64,000 nucleotides of DNA from Deltaproteobacteria bacterium (GTDB lineage: Bacteria; Myxococcota_A; Polyangia; JAAYKL01): positions 21,943-85,942 of the forward strand of contig JAFGQN010000073.1 of NCBI GenBank assembly GCA_016935665.1. The letters run 5' to 3'. Positions 20,338 to 30,838 of the stretch are shown in pieces. Position numbers and translations under genes: made by a program. Positions within the stretch are counted from its first letter, which is position 1; every line of letters starts with the position of its first letter. The notes under the pieces were generated by a model, which was not told the origin of the DNA, ran no database searches, and saw only the letters and a list, made by a program, of their open reading frames with translations.

Positions 20338-20906
20338 TGCTTTTTTTTCCTTCGTTTTGCAAAGTAATAAACGGCGAGCACACTATCATATTTTAAAAAA
20401 AGATGTGTCTCTTTTTTGGCCCAGTGGCTACCCGGAGATTGATGACGAAACGTCAGCAATTATACAGTCAGGCGCCGGGCCGAAAAGACCCGCGCGAACT
20501 GCGCCACGATATACAGATGGTTCAGCAGGCATGTCATGGAGATGAGGCGTCGAAGCAGCAGGTGTTGGAAGTGGTATACGACAGAGTGTGGAAATCGCTT
20601 TCATTCCTGTCGAACAATGTTCACGACGGGGTGAGTCATGAGCTGGATTGGAGAGTGCAATATGGATTTTCAGGCCGAGGATTACAGCCACAGTGCACAG
20701 GTGACCTACTGTCCATTCCAATAGAAAATCAAATTCCTAAAAGAGAACCCAAAACGACCCTAACTTACCGAAAAATAACGTATTTGAAATCGTGACAAAC
20801 TTGACCCTCCCGGGGTTTGCTGTTACGTATCGGGGCAGGACCTGCCGGCATGTGGGTTCGCACTTTATAACACGATGCAAAATCGATAAATTTCCAGGGA
20901 GATGCC

Positions 20907-21689
20907 ATGAAAAGATTGGCTGTCATATCATTGCTGCTCTTTTGGGTCAGTGGGTTGATGTCCTGTGGTTCAGCGCAAATTTCAGAAGAATCCATTCGCA
21001 AATCCAATCGATTTTACGACGCGGCTGTGATCGCATGGACGGACAAAAACGACAATTTGACGGCCATTCGTCATTTGACCCGGGCCGTGGAAGCGAACCC
21101 GGAAAATGATGACGCCCAGTATCTGCTGGGAACCATTCGGCTCAGCCGGGGCGAGTATGCCGAGGCCGAGACTCATCTGGTGGCGGCGATTACACATCGA
21201 GCAAACGACCCGGCGAAAAAGGTGGAGGCGCAAAACAGCCTTGGGGTTCTCTATATTCATACCAAACGCTACGAAGAAGCGGTGACCGTGCTTAAAGAGG
21301 CCTCGGCGGAAGTGCTCAATCGCGCCCCCTGGCTGGCGTATGGCAATCTGGGATGGGCCTATACCGAACTTGGAAAATACGACGCCGCCATTGATGCCAT
21401 CAAGCGGGCATTGTTTGATCAACCGCAGTTTTGTGTGGGGTTGTACCGGCTGGGCAATGCGTATTACCAGAAGGGCGACTACGTTGCAGCGCGGCAGTGT
21501 CTGAATGATGCCCTTTCTGTTCAGGCGGACGGTTGTGATCGTCTGCAGGAGGCGTATCATCTGTTGGGGATGGTGCATCTGCGACTGGACAACAGTGAAG
21601 ATGCCATGAATGCGTTTGAAACCTGTGTTCAGGTCAATCCCAAAACCGATATTGGCAGGAGCTGCGCTGACATCACTCAACGTGAGTAA
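20907..21689 (+). CDS. TPR-repeat lipoprotein
   Basis: Lipobox LMSCG. At least three TPR-like helix pairs (AQYLLGTIRLSRGEYAEAETHL; YGNLGWAYTELGKYDAAIDAIKRAL; LYRLGNAYYQKGDYVAARQCL). Confidence 0.6.
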   Translation: MKRLAVISLLLFWVSGLMSCGSAQISEESIRKSNRFYDAAVIAWTDKNDNLTAIRHLTRAVEANPENDDAQYLLGTIRLSRGEYAEAETHLVAAITHRANDPAKKVEAQNSLGVLYIHTKRYEEAVTVLKEASAEVLNRAPWLAYGNLGWAYTELGKYDAAIDAIKRALFDQPQFCVGLYRLGNAYYQKGDYVAARQCLNDALSVQADGCDRLQEAYHLLGMVHLRLDNSEDAMNAFETCVQVNPKTDIGRSCADITQRE

Positions 21690-21722
21690 TTTGAACTCAT
21701 AAAAAAATCGCGGGAGCGTTCC

Positions 21723-23090
21723 ATGCAAACCACACACCAGCAAAAAAATTATCGCTACTACGGTACATTGCGTCGACTGCTCAACCGCAAAGCCGGCCCC
21801 AATATCCGCAAGATTGTAGACAAAACGCACCCTGCCGATATGGCTCAGATTCTTTCCTATTTTACCGCGGAGGATAAGCTCGGTATTATTCGCTATGCCA
21901 AGGATGACCGTCGGCGTGCCGAAATTCTTAGGGAGATGCAACTGGAATCGGCGGCTGAAATGGTGCTGCTGATGCAGGTGCCCCAGGCGGTGGCCATCAT
22001 TCTGGAAATGTCTACGGACGACCAGGCGGACCTTTTGGGGAGCCTCGACGAGCAGCATGCCAACGCCATTATTGCTGCCATGCCCAAGGACGAGTCCGAC
22101 GATGTTCAGGAACTGCTGCGTTACGACGAAAACTCCGCCGGCGGTATCATGAATCCGGATGTTCTGGCCATTCACATGGACAGCACCATTGCCGAGGCCA
22201 TCAAAGTGGTTCAGGATCACGAAGATGTCGATATGATATTTTACCTCTACGTGGTGGATGATCACGGCTCCCTGTGTGGTGTGCTCTCTTTGCGCCATCT
22301 GGTCATTTCCAAACCCGATGTGGTCATTAAACATATCATGAATCCCAATGTGGTTTCGGTGCGTACCGAGGAAGACCAGGAGGATGTGGCCCGTCTGGTG
22401 ACCCGATACGACTTTCTGGCCATTCCTGTGGTGGACGATACCAACAATCTGGTGGGCGCGGTCACCGTGGATGATGTTATTGACGTTATCGCCGAAGAGG
22501 CCACCGAGGATTTCCTGAAAATGGCCGGCGCCGGTGAGGAGCAGGAGGAAAATGCCTCCGCTTTCAAACATGTTTTGGGGCGCGCGCCATGGTTGTTTGC
22601 CGCACTGGTGGGCGGGATAGCCACGTCGTTTGTGATTCGCAACTTCGAAGATACTTTGTCTACTTATTTGTCGTTGGCGGCGTTTATTCCCGTGATTATC
22701 GGTATGGCGGGTAATGTGGGCACGCAATCTCTGGCGGTGGTGGTTCGCGGTCTGGCCACCCGGCAAATCAAAATCAAGCAGGCATGGCAAACCATTTCCA
22801 ACGAGATTCTGGTGGGAACACTGCTGGGGTGCCTGTACGGCGCCATTCTGGGGGCAGTTGGCTTGTGGCAATTCTCCGGAAATACACCCATGGCGTTCAA
22901 CCTCGCCATTGCAGTGGGGGCCGCCACTGCAACCGCCATGCTGCTGGCGGCGCTGGTGGCCTCTTCCATCCCGCTCATGTTTGCCCGAATCAACATTGAT
23001 CCGGCTGTGGCGACGGGGCCGTTTGTGACCACAGCCATCGATATTCTGGGGGTCACCATTTACTTCACGGTTGTTAATCTTCTGGTATAG
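21723..23090 (+). CDS. mgtE: Magnesium transporter MgtE
   Basis: MgtE N-domain, tandem CBS domains and TM domain with PVIIGMAGNVGTQSLAVVVRGLA. Confidence 0.9.
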   Translation: MQTTHQQKNYRYYGTLRRLLNRKAGPNIRKIVDKTHPADMAQILSYFTAEDKLGIIRYAKDDRRRAEILREMQLESAAEMVLLMQVPQAVAIILEMSTDDQADLLGSLDEQHANAIIAAMPKDESDDVQELLRYDENSAGGIMNPDVLAIHMDSTIAEAIKVVQDHEDVDMIFYLYVVDDHGSLCGVLSLRHLVISKPDVVIKHIMNPNVVSVRTEEDQEDVARLVTRYDFLAIPVVDDTNNLVGAVTVDDVIDVIAEEATEDFLKMAGAGEEQEENASAFKHVLGRAPWLFAALVGGIATSFVIRNFEDTLSTYLSLAAFIPVIIGMAGNVGTQSLAVVVRGLATRQIKIKQAWQTISNEILVGTLLGCLYGAILGAVGLWQFSGNTPMAFNLAIAVGAATATAMLLAALVASSIPLMFARINIDPAVATGPFVTTAIDILGVTIYFTVVNLLV

Positions 23091-23097
23091 AGGTCGT

Positions 23098-23871
23098 TTG
23101 ATTTTAGAAACCGCATTTATTTTGCGCGCAGTCAATTACGGGGAATCCGATCGTATTTACACGCTGTACACTCAGGGGCATGGCAAATTGAGCGCCATCG
23201 CCAAAGCCGCGCGTAAAAGCACTAAACGGTTTGGTGGCGCGCTGCAACCTTTTGCAGTGTTTGAGGTGGCTTTAACGCCATCTCGGCGGGGCAGCAGCAA
23301 CATGTACACGATTGGTGAGGCAACAATGGTGGCCGCCAATGACGGGCTGTCGAAAAATCTGTCCAGATTGGGAATTGCCGCCTTTTTACTGGAGCTGTTG
23401 AGAGAGGTCGCGCCAGAGCACGAGTCCAGCGCGCCCCTGTTTGACGTGGGCAAAGAAGCGTTGGCGCTCCTCAGTGACACCTGTCAGCTGCATGAGCGGA
23501 ATCTGCTGTTGTCGGCGGGCATGAGAATTCTGGCCCAATCTGGACTGGCCATGAGCGTGGGGAGGTGCAATGCATGTGGCCGGCCTGTTCCCCCCGGTAA
23601 ACCCATTTACTTCGATGCGCTGCGCGGTGGTGTTGTGTGTACGCCCTGCGGCGGCGGCCCGATTTTGCTCGATGCGCAATGTGCTGCCGCGTTCAGATTT
23701 CTGGCGACACATCCCATTGCAGAAAGCGCGGCCCTTTCCATTGACCCGCCTGTGCTGGATGCCATGGAGTCGGCGTTTATTGCTTTTATTCATATGCATC
23801 TCGAAAAGCAATTGAAAACCCCCGGCTTTATGAGTCAGATTTCAGCACGAGACAGGCAGGACTCAGAGTGA
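23098..23871 (+). CDS. recO: DNA repair protein RecO
   Basis: N-terminal OB-fold (ILRAVNYGESDRIYTLYT) and C4 zinc finger CNACG...CTPCGG. TTG at 23098 just after the mgtE stop is the likely start; the ATG at 23071 overlaps mgtE. Confidence 0.75.
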   Translation: MILETAFILRAVNYGESDRIYTLYTQGHGKLSAIAKAARKSTKRFGGALQPFAVFEVALTPSRRGSSNMYTIGEATMVAANDGLSKNLSRLGIAAFLLELLREVAPEHESSAPLFDVGKEALALLSDTCQLHERNLLLSAGMRILAQSGLAMSVGRCNACGRPVPPGKPIYFDALRGGVVCTPCGGGPILLDAQCAAAFRFLATHPIAESAALSIDPPVLDAMESAFIAFIHMHLEKQLKTPGFMSQISARDRQDSE

Positions 23872-23987
23872 TAGTCATTTAAATATTGATGAAAATTCGC
23901 ACTCTGACCAAATGTTTCTGATTTGCCATATCCTTGTCACACCGTTAAGGCAAATTGGGTGGGTAACCTCTTACAGGAGTTATCCAA

Positions 23988-24269
23988 ATGGAAAGAACAA
24001 CCAGGAACAATAAAATAAAGATATATTACGATCCGCGGACATTGCCTGTGGAACAGAATTCCAACCGTATCTCCAGACTATTTGTGGAGAGCGCCAATCG
24101 GGATGAACCCTGGAAAATCACGGTCAAGCCCACTTTGGGCATGTACGAGCTCAAAGGTGAAGTGGACAGCCGTCAGACGCACGACATAATTCTCACGATT
24201 GTTCAGACGAATCATCCTTATCGAGATATTATCGATTATATTTCTTATCCAGATAAACCCGCAGCTTGA
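23988..24269 (+). CDS. Small hypothetical protein
   Basis: 93-aa ORF with no recognisable motif. Coding status is uncertain. Confidence 0.3.
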   Translation: MERTTRNNKIKIYYDPRTLPVEQNSNRISRLFVESANRDEPWKITVKPTLGMYELKGEVDSRQTHDIILTIVQTNHPYRDIIDYISYPDKPAA

Positions 24270-24614
24270 TACCCGCGATTTCAAATTCGTCGCAAACCGG
24301 CAAATGGCTGTTCTCGTCCGGTGCGCCCCAGCGCAAAAAACGCAGCGTTGCGCGGCAAGTGGGAATGATAAATCAAAACATGTAGGTTATCGAATCGTTT
24401 ATCGAGCTTGCCGGCGAATGCCTGATTTAAATCTAATGGCGACCAATGCGGCTTAGAGGCCTTTTTTTGAGCCGTTTTTTTGTGGAAAGGATACAACGTT
24501 GTCCTGAAAAGATCCCTTTTCTTTTTTTTACTAAAGGAATATAAATTCGGGCCTGAGTTTCAATTTCTTTAAAACGGTAGGTATCTGATAACCCACAACC
24601 CAGCGGGAGACGGC

Positions 24615-26681
24615 ATGTCAAAAAAAATTGAGAATATTCCACTGCTTAGAGCCAAAGAAAAGTTTGGCTACAGTCTTGGTGATTTTGCATCGAATCTGTT
24701 CTGGATGACATTTATTTTCTACGGAATGTTTTTCTACACAGATGTATTTGGTTTACCAGCGGCAATGGTCGGAACCATGTTTGGTCTGACTAAATTGTGG
24801 GATGCGGTCAACGATCCAATGATGGGCATTATTTCCGATAGAACGGATACAAAAATGGGGAAATATCGCCCCTACCTGCTGTGGATGTTTGTGCCATTTG
24901 GCATCATCGGCTTTTTCGCATTCTACACCCCGGATATGACCGTTACGGGAAAACTCGTATATGCCTACATTACCTATACCCTCATGATGATGGTGTATAC
25001 GGCGATTAATATTCCCTATTCCGCGCTGATGGGCGTGTTGACTCCCAGTTCCAAAGACCGTACCAGCATTTCTTCTTATCGTTTTGTGGCCGCTTTCGCC
25101 GGCGGTATTGTGGTACAGATGATTACGGTGCCCATGGTGTCCGCCACCGGGGCCAATTCAACGAATGTCATTAACCTTGAGCAGGTGAACCCTCAAGAGA
25201 TTGTTATTAAGGAAACCGGGGTGGGCACCATTCAGCTGCAGGCCAATTACGAATCTGTGCTGCCCACTCCCAAGACCTGGCAACAGGAATTGTCCGCCAG
25301 ATTTACGTCGGTGGTAACCGATGATCAGCACAAACAGCACACCGCCAATATCTGGGTAAATGTGCCGGAGCGCCTCAATGAAATCAAACCCGATGGTTGG
25401 AAGGATAAAGTGGTGGCCGACAATCAGATGCTCGGTGGAAACTTTTATCTTGAAAAGGGGTTTGGAGAAAAGAAAATTGATTTGATCGCGCTTTTCAATC
25501 CCGCCATGGTGGTGTTGGAGCCGCCGGCGGTCATTGGATCCACCGAAAAGAAAGAATCTCTCAAAGACGTTCTCAAAAAGGACGCTGGGCTTTCCGATGA
25601 CGATATCACCAAAATCGTGGATAATTTTGGTGGCGCACCGGAGGTTCGCAAAGACGATTTAACAGCACTGTTTGCAAGTTTGAAAGCCAAAGATGCCGCC
25701 AAATGGTCAAAAGCAGAGGAAATTGCCCTCTCCGCCCGGTTTGAAAAACAACCCCCCGAAGAAATTATTAAAAAAGAAACCGATTGGAAATCCGCTCCCG
25801 TGTTAAACGTGGTGGATCAGCAGACCGGTTTCGAGTTCACCATTGGACTGTACGCCCTGTTGGCTATGGGCTTTTTCTTTGTTACATTCCTGACCACCAA
25901 AGAGCGTGTTAAACCGTCAAAAGATGCCAAGTCATCGGTGGGCAAAGACCTTGTGGACGTGGTTTCCAACCTTCCCTGGTGGATTGTTGGTGTCATGGGC
26001 TTGTTCTCCATTGCACAGGTTTGCATCCGCAACGGTGTGGTGATGTATTATTTCAAATATTACGTAAAAGATATTGAAGCGTCGGTGCCGTTCATGCTGG
26101 CGGGAACCGTGATGAACCTGATTGGTGTACTGGCAACGGATTGGCTGACGCGTAAACTGGGCAGTAAAAAGATTGTGTACGCGTTTTGTTCGTTCTTCAC
26201 CGTAGCCACCATGATGCCATTTATGTGGCTGAGCTCAGAGAGCCTGCTGGTGATGTTTGCGCTTACCGCCATTGGTGGGTTCCTGTCCGGCCCACTATCC
26301 CCCATTGTATGGGCCATGTATGCGGATATTGCGGATTACTCTGAATGGAAAAAAGGCACTCGCGCCACGGGGCTGTTTTTTTCGGCGGCCACATTTGCCC
26401 AAAAAATGGGATGGACGCTGGGCGGCATGCTGGCAGGACTGCTGCTGTCGTGGTATGGATTCCAGGCCAATATGGAGCAGAGCGCGGAAGCCATATCCGG
26501 TATCAAGTCCCTTATGAGCTGGATACCTTCCATTGGGTGTGCCATTGCCGGCGCGGTAGTGCTGCTCTACACTCTGGATGATAAAACAATGGATAAGATT
26601 GTGACCGAGCTGGAAGAGCGTCGCGCCAAAGAGAAAGAAAACGAAAACAATGACGCTGACGCCACACCGGCAGAAGCGTAA
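24615..26681 (+). CDS. GPH-family (MelB-like) sugar:cation symporter with a large central soluble insertion
   Basis: GPH signature DRTDTKMGKYRPYLLW after TM1-2. 12 predicted TMs split 6+6 by an insertion of about 210 aa. GGGAGA RBS. Confidence 0.7.
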   Translation: MSKKIENIPLLRAKEKFGYSLGDFASNLFWMTFIFYGMFFYTDVFGLPAAMVGTMFGLTKLWDAVNDPMMGIISDRTDTKMGKYRPYLLWMFVPFGIIGFFAFYTPDMTVTGKLVYAYITYTLMMMVYTAINIPYSALMGVLTPSSKDRTSISSYRFVAAFAGGIVVQMITVPMVSATGANSTNVINLEQVNPQEIVIKETGVGTIQLQANYESVLPTPKTWQQELSARFTSVVTDDQHKQHTANIWVNVPERLNEIKPDGWKDKVVADNQMLGGNFYLEKGFGEKKIDLIALFNPAMVVLEPPAVIGSTEKKESLKDVLKKDAGLSDDDITKIVDNFGGAPEVRKDDLTALFASLKAKDAAKWSKAEEIALSARFEKQPPEEIIKKETDWKSAPVLNVVDQQTGFEFTIGLYALLAMGFFFVTFLTTKERVKPSKDAKSSVGKDLVDVVSNLPWWIVGVMGLFSIAQVCIRNGVVMYYFKYYVKDIEASVPFMLAGTVMNLIGVLATDWLTRKLGSKKIVYAFCSFFTVATMMPFMWLSSESLLVMFALTAIGGFLSGPLSPIVWAMYADIADYSEWKKGTRATGLFFSAATFAQKMGWTLGGMLAGLLLSWYGFQANMEQSAEAISGIKSLMSWIPSIGCAIAGAVVLLYTLDDKTMDKIVTELEERRAKEKENENNDADATPAEA

Positions 26682-26989
26682 ACATTTCCAGACGTCACCG
26701 CATCGCCATATCATTCTGCATACCTGCCAGGCATCCAATAAGTTTTGTCTGTGAGCTGCAATCACATCGAACGATCGCTCACAGGGGCAAAAAAGGTTTA
26801 CTCTCACAACAAAATTCCGTAATGAGATGGCGGCGCCGGTGACTGCCAGTGACTGTATGACATCCGTCCGATAGTGGGAACCGTTGACCCGAAGGTCTAA
26901 CTCCGTGTACTGACATGACGCAACGACTTGAACAGCGAATGCTGGCAGCGAATACCGAATCTTAATCTGGTGGAGAGGACGAACAGCGA

Positions 26990-27400
26990 ATGACAACAGC
27001 CGGCGATGCGTACCGGATACGAAAAAATGATGGTGGATTGGTCTTTTATACGCGATATTTTGGAAATGTGACGCTCAACGTACTGATGGAGGCGAGTTCA
27101 AAACGGCTTGCGGATCCGGAGTTTAAAAAGGCGGTATTCAGTATACAGGATTTAAATGAGGCCAGCAGGGTGGACATGTCTGCGGATGATGTTCGGACGT
27201 TTGGTTATCATGTTCGCAACGTATTGGAAACGTATCGGCATCTGGTGCTGATTACAGTGGTCAAAGACCCGGTTGCCTACGGGTTGAGTCGTATCTGGAA
27301 AGGCGCCGCACGACCCTCTTCCAATGAATTACATGTAGTACACACGGAAGCTGCGGCCTGGGATATTGTCAAACGCATCTGTAAGGACCGAAATCTCTAA
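26990..27400 (+). CDS. Hypothetical protein
   Basis: 136-aa ORF with GGAGAGGA upstream. No motif recognised. Confidence 0.4.
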   Translation: MTTAGDAYRIRKNDGGLVFYTRYFGNVTLNVLMEASSKRLADPEFKKAVFSIQDLNEASRVDMSADDVRTFGYHVRNVLETYRHLVLITVVKDPVAYGLSRIWKGAARPSSNELHVVHTEAAAWDIVKRICKDRNL

Positions 27401-27484
27401 TATTTTTCGAAGTGTTTTGGCGCGCGTGATGGCAGCCATGTCAAGTTGCGCCATGACGCTCTTTATCCTTCATCCGTTGGGCAA

Positions 27485-28684
27485 CTACATGGCCTCGGCG
27501 TAGATTTCGGCGACCGAGTCTCTGTCTGCATCATTGGGCGCCAGTCCAAGCAGGGGCTCCAGCCCGGGCGTTTCGTATACCAGTTTGACCAGTTTTTCTA
27601 TCTGTGAGCTGTCGAATCCGTTGTTGGAAAGACCTTTGACCACACCAAAACGGGATAACCACTGATTGAGACCGTCGAATACCACTTCGCTTTCGCTGAC
27701 GTCTCCCTTTAATCCAGGGACAATAGCGTTCAGGACAAATGCCAGTGTTTTGGCTCTGGCGCTGTATATTTTTTTGACCACAGAAGGCAGGAGTAACGCC
27801 AAACCAAGCCCATGAGGAAGCGATGGATCGATACCGCTTAATGGGTGCTCCAGTGCATGAGTGTAGTGCAGCAGCCCGTTGTCAAACGAGACGCCGGCGG
27901 TCATGGCAGCATACGTTAAAAAATACCGCGCTTCCAAATCTCCGGGTGTCTTCATTGCAATCGGCAGGTATCTGGCCACCAGATCAACGGTTTGTTTTGC
28001 CAGCAGAACAGAGTATGGGTTGGCGACCATCGACGTGCAGGCCTCCACCACATGGTTCAATGCATCAATGGACACATATGCGGTCTGATCCACTGGCAGA
28101 TTCACCATGAGACGCGGATCATCAATGGAGAAACGGGGATAAATCACATCGGTCGCGATATAGGGTTTGTGTGCTTTTTCCGGGATGGATACCACTGCGA
28201 ATCGATTCGTTTCCGTGCCCGTGCCATGGGTGGTGTTGATGGTCACAATTGGCACAGCCCTTTGGGGCGTGAATTGATATCCGTAGAGATCGCGCGCGGT
28301 TTTGTCCTTATGGGATATTAATATGGCAACACTTTTGGCAGCATCAATAGGACTACCACCCCCGATGGCCAATACCGCCTGCGCGCCAAATTTTCGTGCA
28401 GCGTTTGTGGCCGCATCCACATGATCCACGGTGGGATTGGCCGTCACCTCGGAATACTGAACATAGTCAATGTCATGTTTGTCCATGGCTGAAACACAGT
28501 GGTCCCACGCCCCGCATTTTTTGTATGACTGTTTGCCGGTCACCACCGCGATTTTAGAAATACCATCGGTTTTAAGCGAATTGAGGATGTCATCAATTTT
28601 TAAGATGGCATCGACCCCAAGGTATACAGTTGATCGGGTTCTAATTTCGGAAACTGAGCGGAAATCGATTTCTTCCGTCCACAT
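27485..28684 (-). CDS. Iron-containing alcohol dehydrogenase family protein
   Basis: GGGSPIDAAKSVAIL (Fe-ADH GGGSxxDxAK) and downstream His ligands. AAGGAGGTG RBS 7 nt before the ATG at 28684. Confidence 0.85.
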   Translation of the reverse strand: MWTEEIDFRSVSEIRTRSTVYLGVDAILKIDDILNSLKTDGISKIAVVTGKQSYKKCGAWDHCVSAMDKHDIDYVQYSEVTANPTVDHVDAATNAARKFGAQAVLAIGGGSPIDAAKSVAILISHKDKTARDLYGYQFTPQRAVPIVTINTTHGTGTETNRFAVVSIPEKAHKPYIATDVIYPRFSIDDPRLMVNLPVDQTAYVSIDALNHVVEACTSMVANPYSVLLAKQTVDLVARYLPIAMKTPGDLEARYFLTYAAMTAGVSFDNGLLHYTHALEHPLSGIDPSLPHGLGLALLLPSVVKKIYSARAKTLAFVLNAIVPGLKGDVSESEVVFDGLNQWLSRFGVVKGLSNNGFDSSQIEKLVKLVYETPGLEPLLGLAPNDADRDSVAEIYAEAM

Positions 28685-29151
28685 AGGCACACCTCCTTGA
28701 TTTTTTTTGTGTCGCCAACAATTCCACATATTGCCGAGAATGACAAGCGAAATGAATGGAAAGTATGTATATTTTTCTATGCTTTAGCAAGTATGGTCTG
28801 GGTTGACCTTCAAAAACGTTGGGAAATGTCTGCAGTGGCGTTTGCGCGATACGGAAAAACAACAATCAAGCCCCCCAAAAGGGGAACGCTGGGTTATTAT
28901 ATTTAGTGTAATGATTTTGATTGTATTGATTTTTTGCTTAACAAAAATAAGTGTATTTAACAAAAATCAGTTTCGTCTACATTTTCAGTTCAAGTGCCGG
29001 GCTTTTTTTTAACGAAAATGCCATTGTCCAGTGATTATCAGCTTGCCAGCGCCAACTGCGCCACGTATGACTTGCTGCCCTTTTTAAAGGTTTAAAGAAA
29101 AAAGGGATTGCGTATCACAGGATATTCGCCTGGGAATTTGGTTGTAAGCTG

Positions 29152-30723
29152 ATGAAAAAAGTGATTCTGGTTTTTGTTCCCGGCGCCGCGCCGAACTGCA
29201 TTCCTCTGGGTATCGCGTCTCTTTTTGCCTACGCCCAAAATGCGTTGCCGGACATTGCCATCTCCATGGTGGATTTAAGTATTCTCTTTTGGAATCGATT
29301 GGCGGTGGGCGACAAAATCGGCAGAGACGAAACAGAAGCGCTGTACCAGACCGCCGATGCGTTTTTCAACAAGACGCTGTATTTGGAAAAAAGACACAAA
29401 ATGGCAGCATTGATGACTCGCTGGCAGCAGATAACGCATTCCCTGATGACCCGGCTGAGTGGTGATAAACAGGAAATGGATCCGTGGTACACCGCGACCC
29501 TGTTTGAAAAGTTGGAGGTGACGGATACAGATATTGTGGCATTATCGGCAGCGTATCCCGAACAGCTTTTTCATGCGGCGGTGATCGCGCGGTTGCTGAA
29601 ATCGCGTTATCCGAATCTGACCGTTGTGCTGGGGGGATCCGCGTTGCCATCCATTCATCCCAGCACCTTTATGGCTGCGGTTCCTCAGTTGGATGGTCTG
29701 TATCTGGGAGAAGGAGAGCAGGGGCTGGTGGACTATATTTTGGGCCAATCCCATGAAAGTCGTGGCTGGATGGTGCGGGAAAGGGGACAGATAACCTCGG
29801 GCAGGCGCCCTTTAGCGATTCCCATGCAGAATCTGCCTGCCCCCTCATTCCATGATCTGCACATCTCCACGCGTTGGATGCCCACACCGGTATTGCCGGT
29901 GGCGTTTTCAAGAGGGTGCAAGTGGCGAAAGTGCGCATTCTGTTGCCACAATTTTGGATTTGCCGGATATCGCACGAATGATTATGCGCGGTTTGCAACG
30001 CATTTGGAACAATTGCAACAGCAGTATCACGCCGCGTATTTCTATTTTACCGACCAGTATATTGACGCGAACGCGCTTCATGGAATTGCAACCGAAATTC
30101 TTAAACGCAAATTGCAGATTCGATTCCACGTGATGGGTCGGCCCACTTCAGACTACACCAGAGAGGTGCTGGAACTATTGTTTGAAGCGGGATGCCGATG
30201 GATTAGCTGGGGTGTGGAATCCGGGGCACAATCGCTGCTCGACGGATGTCAGAAAGGGACACAGGTGGCCGCAGTGGCCCGTGTGCTCAAACACAGTCAT
30301 TTGGCAGGCATCAATAATCTGGCCATGATGGTGTTTGGATTGCCGGGAACCAATGATGCGCTTTTTCAGGAGACGCTGGATTTTGCCACCGATGTGAGTC
30401 CCTGGGTAGATGCGTTTACAGACTCCAGTTTTCAATTATTTGAAGGAACGCCGTATTATAATCGCGCCCAAGCGATGGGCATATTTCCCGGCGAGAATGA
30501 AATACTGTTTAAAGTGGGTAATGTTGCGGTGGTGTCCAATCGGCTCGCATATCGATATACGTCACAAAATGGAGAACCGGTCCTGCCGCCGGGCCCCGGT
30601 GAGGTGGCCCTGTGGCAACGATGGAAGGCGTGGATTCGCGGCGAGTCTTTTTTTGAAACGCTGTCCGCTGAGCATTATCTGTTGATTGCAGATCACCTGT
30701 CCAAAGCACCACTGCTCAATTGA
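29152..30723 (+). CDS. B12-binding-domain radical SAM protein (class B-like)
   Basis: N-terminal Rossmann-like B12-binding-type region. Cys cluster GCKWRKCAFCC (CX4CX2C) and WGVESGAQSLLDGCQKG, typical of B12-rSAM enzymes. Confidence 0.65.
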   Translation: MKKVILVFVPGAAPNCIPLGIASLFAYAQNALPDIAISMVDLSILFWNRLAVGDKIGRDETEALYQTADAFFNKTLYLEKRHKMAALMTRWQQITHSLMTRLSGDKQEMDPWYTATLFEKLEVTDTDIVALSAAYPEQLFHAAVIARLLKSRYPNLTVVLGGSALPSIHPSTFMAAVPQLDGLYLGEGEQGLVDYILGQSHESRGWMVRERGQITSGRRPLAIPMQNLPAPSFHDLHISTRWMPTPVLPVAFSRGCKWRKCAFCCHNFGFAGYRTNDYARFATHLEQLQQQYHAAYFYFTDQYIDANALHGIATEILKRKLQIRFHVMGRPTSDYTREVLELLFEAGCRWISWGVESGAQSLLDGCQKGTQVAAVARVLKHSHLAGINNLAMMVFGLPGTNDALFQETLDFATDVSPWVDAFTDSSFQLFEGTPYYNRAQAMGIFPGENEILFKVGNVAVVSNRLAYRYTSQNGEPVLPPGPGEVALWQRWKAWIRGESFFETLSAEHYLLIADHLSKAPLLN

Positions 30724-30838
30724 TGCAACACAATATATGGAACAGTTGGTCCAGTTGTTGTGCAGAATGCTTTTATCGTCTATTGTTGGTTTACATTGTT
30801 GTTAGATTATATTCCTTTTTGAATGAATGAGGTGTTTG

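Noticed and set aside
20403-20795. 130-aa plus-strand ORF in the 570-bp folD / TPR-lipoprotein intergenic region
   Set aside because: It has no convincing RBS or motif. A weak resemblance to a sigma-factor region-2 segment could not be substantiated. It may be a degraded remnant or non-coding. I also looked for SRP RNA, RNase P and 6S RNA signatures there and found none.
20982-23135. 717-aa minus-strand ORF
   Set aside because: It lies entirely antisense to the well-supported TPR lipoprotein and mgtE genes. It has low-complexity His/Gln/Arg-rich translation and no RBS. It is a typical artefact of a stop-poor antisense frame.
26295-26996. 233-aa minus-strand ORF
   Set aside because: It overlaps the 3' end of the GPH transporter gene in antisense and has no recognisable features. 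The 26682-26990 spacer is better explained as intergenic.
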